DNA of 64,000 nucleotides from an uncultured delta proteobacterium (GTDB lineage: Bacteria; Desulfobacterota; Desulfuromonadia; Geobacterales; DSM-12255): the NCBI GenBank assembly GCA_963787125.1, contig CAWBBV010000006.1:32001-96000 (forward strand), written 5' to 3'. The notes beneath the pieces were generated by a model. It was not told the DNA's origin. It did no database searches and saw only the letters and a list, made by a program, of their open reading frames with translations. This document shows positions 63,567 through 64,000 of this stretch, in pieces; within the stretch, counting starts at the first letter, position 1; each line of letters begins with the position of its first letter. The position numbers and the translations under genes are program-made.

Positions 63567-64000
63567 TTATCCTCGCAGCTGTAGCCACCACGCCGTAATC
63601 AGAATATTCACCAGCGCCAGCGGCGTCAGAACCTTCCATCCGAGGTGCATGAGTTGATCGTAGCGCAGCCGCGGTAATGTCCCCCGCAGCCAGATGAAGA
63701 AAAAAGCAAATGCCAGCGTCTTAAAAGTAAACCAGAAGATTGGCGGCAAAAACGGCCCCTGCCAGCCACCGAGGAAAAAGGTGGTTGCCAGTCCCCCCAG
63801 AACGATGATGTTGATATACTCACCTACAAAAAAGAGCCCGAAGCGCATTCCCGAATATTCAGTATGGAACCCGGCCACCAGCTCACCCTCCGCTTCCGGC
63901 AGATCGAACGGAATCCGCTTGCACTCGGCAATGATGCTGATGAGAAAGATCAGAAACGCCAGCGGCTGATAAAGGATAAACCAGCCATCAGCCTGGGCAG
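63567..64000 (-). CDS. nuoH: NADH-quinone oxidoreductase subunit H (5'-truncated by window edge)
   Basis: [45 protein letters not shown]. Confidence 0.96.
   Translation of the reverse strand, partial: AQADGWFILYQPLAFLIFLISIIAECKRIPFDLPEAEGELVAGFHTEYSGMRFGLFFVGEYINIIVLGGLATTFFLGGWQGPFLPPIFWFTFKTLAFAFFFIWLRGTLPRLRYDQLMHLGWKVLTPLALVNILITAWWLQLRG

Noticed and set aside
57492..64000. nuoH-N as a novel system
   Set aside because: Canonical order and motifs of complex I subunits; ordinary.

Overview
64 kb of bacterial chromosome, most consistent with a Geobacteraceae/Desulfuromonadia-type deltaproteobacterium (inferred from protein families only). The left edge holds the 5' part of an IS1380-like element that the ORF track missed. 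The right edge holds nuoH-N of a complex I operon. Between them lies a mostly minus-strand, mosaic stress/envelope region. It contains Slp, an HD(SpoT-like)-CBS-HEPN protein, nhaA, and an RND pump whose outer-membrane factor carries Cys-rich GLG1-like repeats. A polyphosphate block follows (ppk2, tiny Zn-finger-like ORF, ParA, RHH partner, K+ channel, ppk1, unknown). Further genes are SulP, DASS, two VWA-OmpA proteins, SYLF, a split-Soret-like cytochrome c, PFK, a cNMP-domain-fused aspartase with Dcu, DUF3300/DUF2950, an FhlA-like sigma54 activator, DUF4105/lipase/DUF3313, two GH63 genes (one frameshifted) with an amylase and glk, Cti, and a RelBE/ParDE-type TA pair. The best candidates for undescribed systems are (1) a ParA/RHH pair embedded between two polyphosphate kinases (possible polyP-granule positioning), (2) the HD-CBS-HEPN fusion, (3) the cNMP-AspA/Dcu module, and (4) the disulfide-decorated RND pump. 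No rRNA, tRNA or CRISPR array was seen. All family calls are by eye from motifs; no searches were run.
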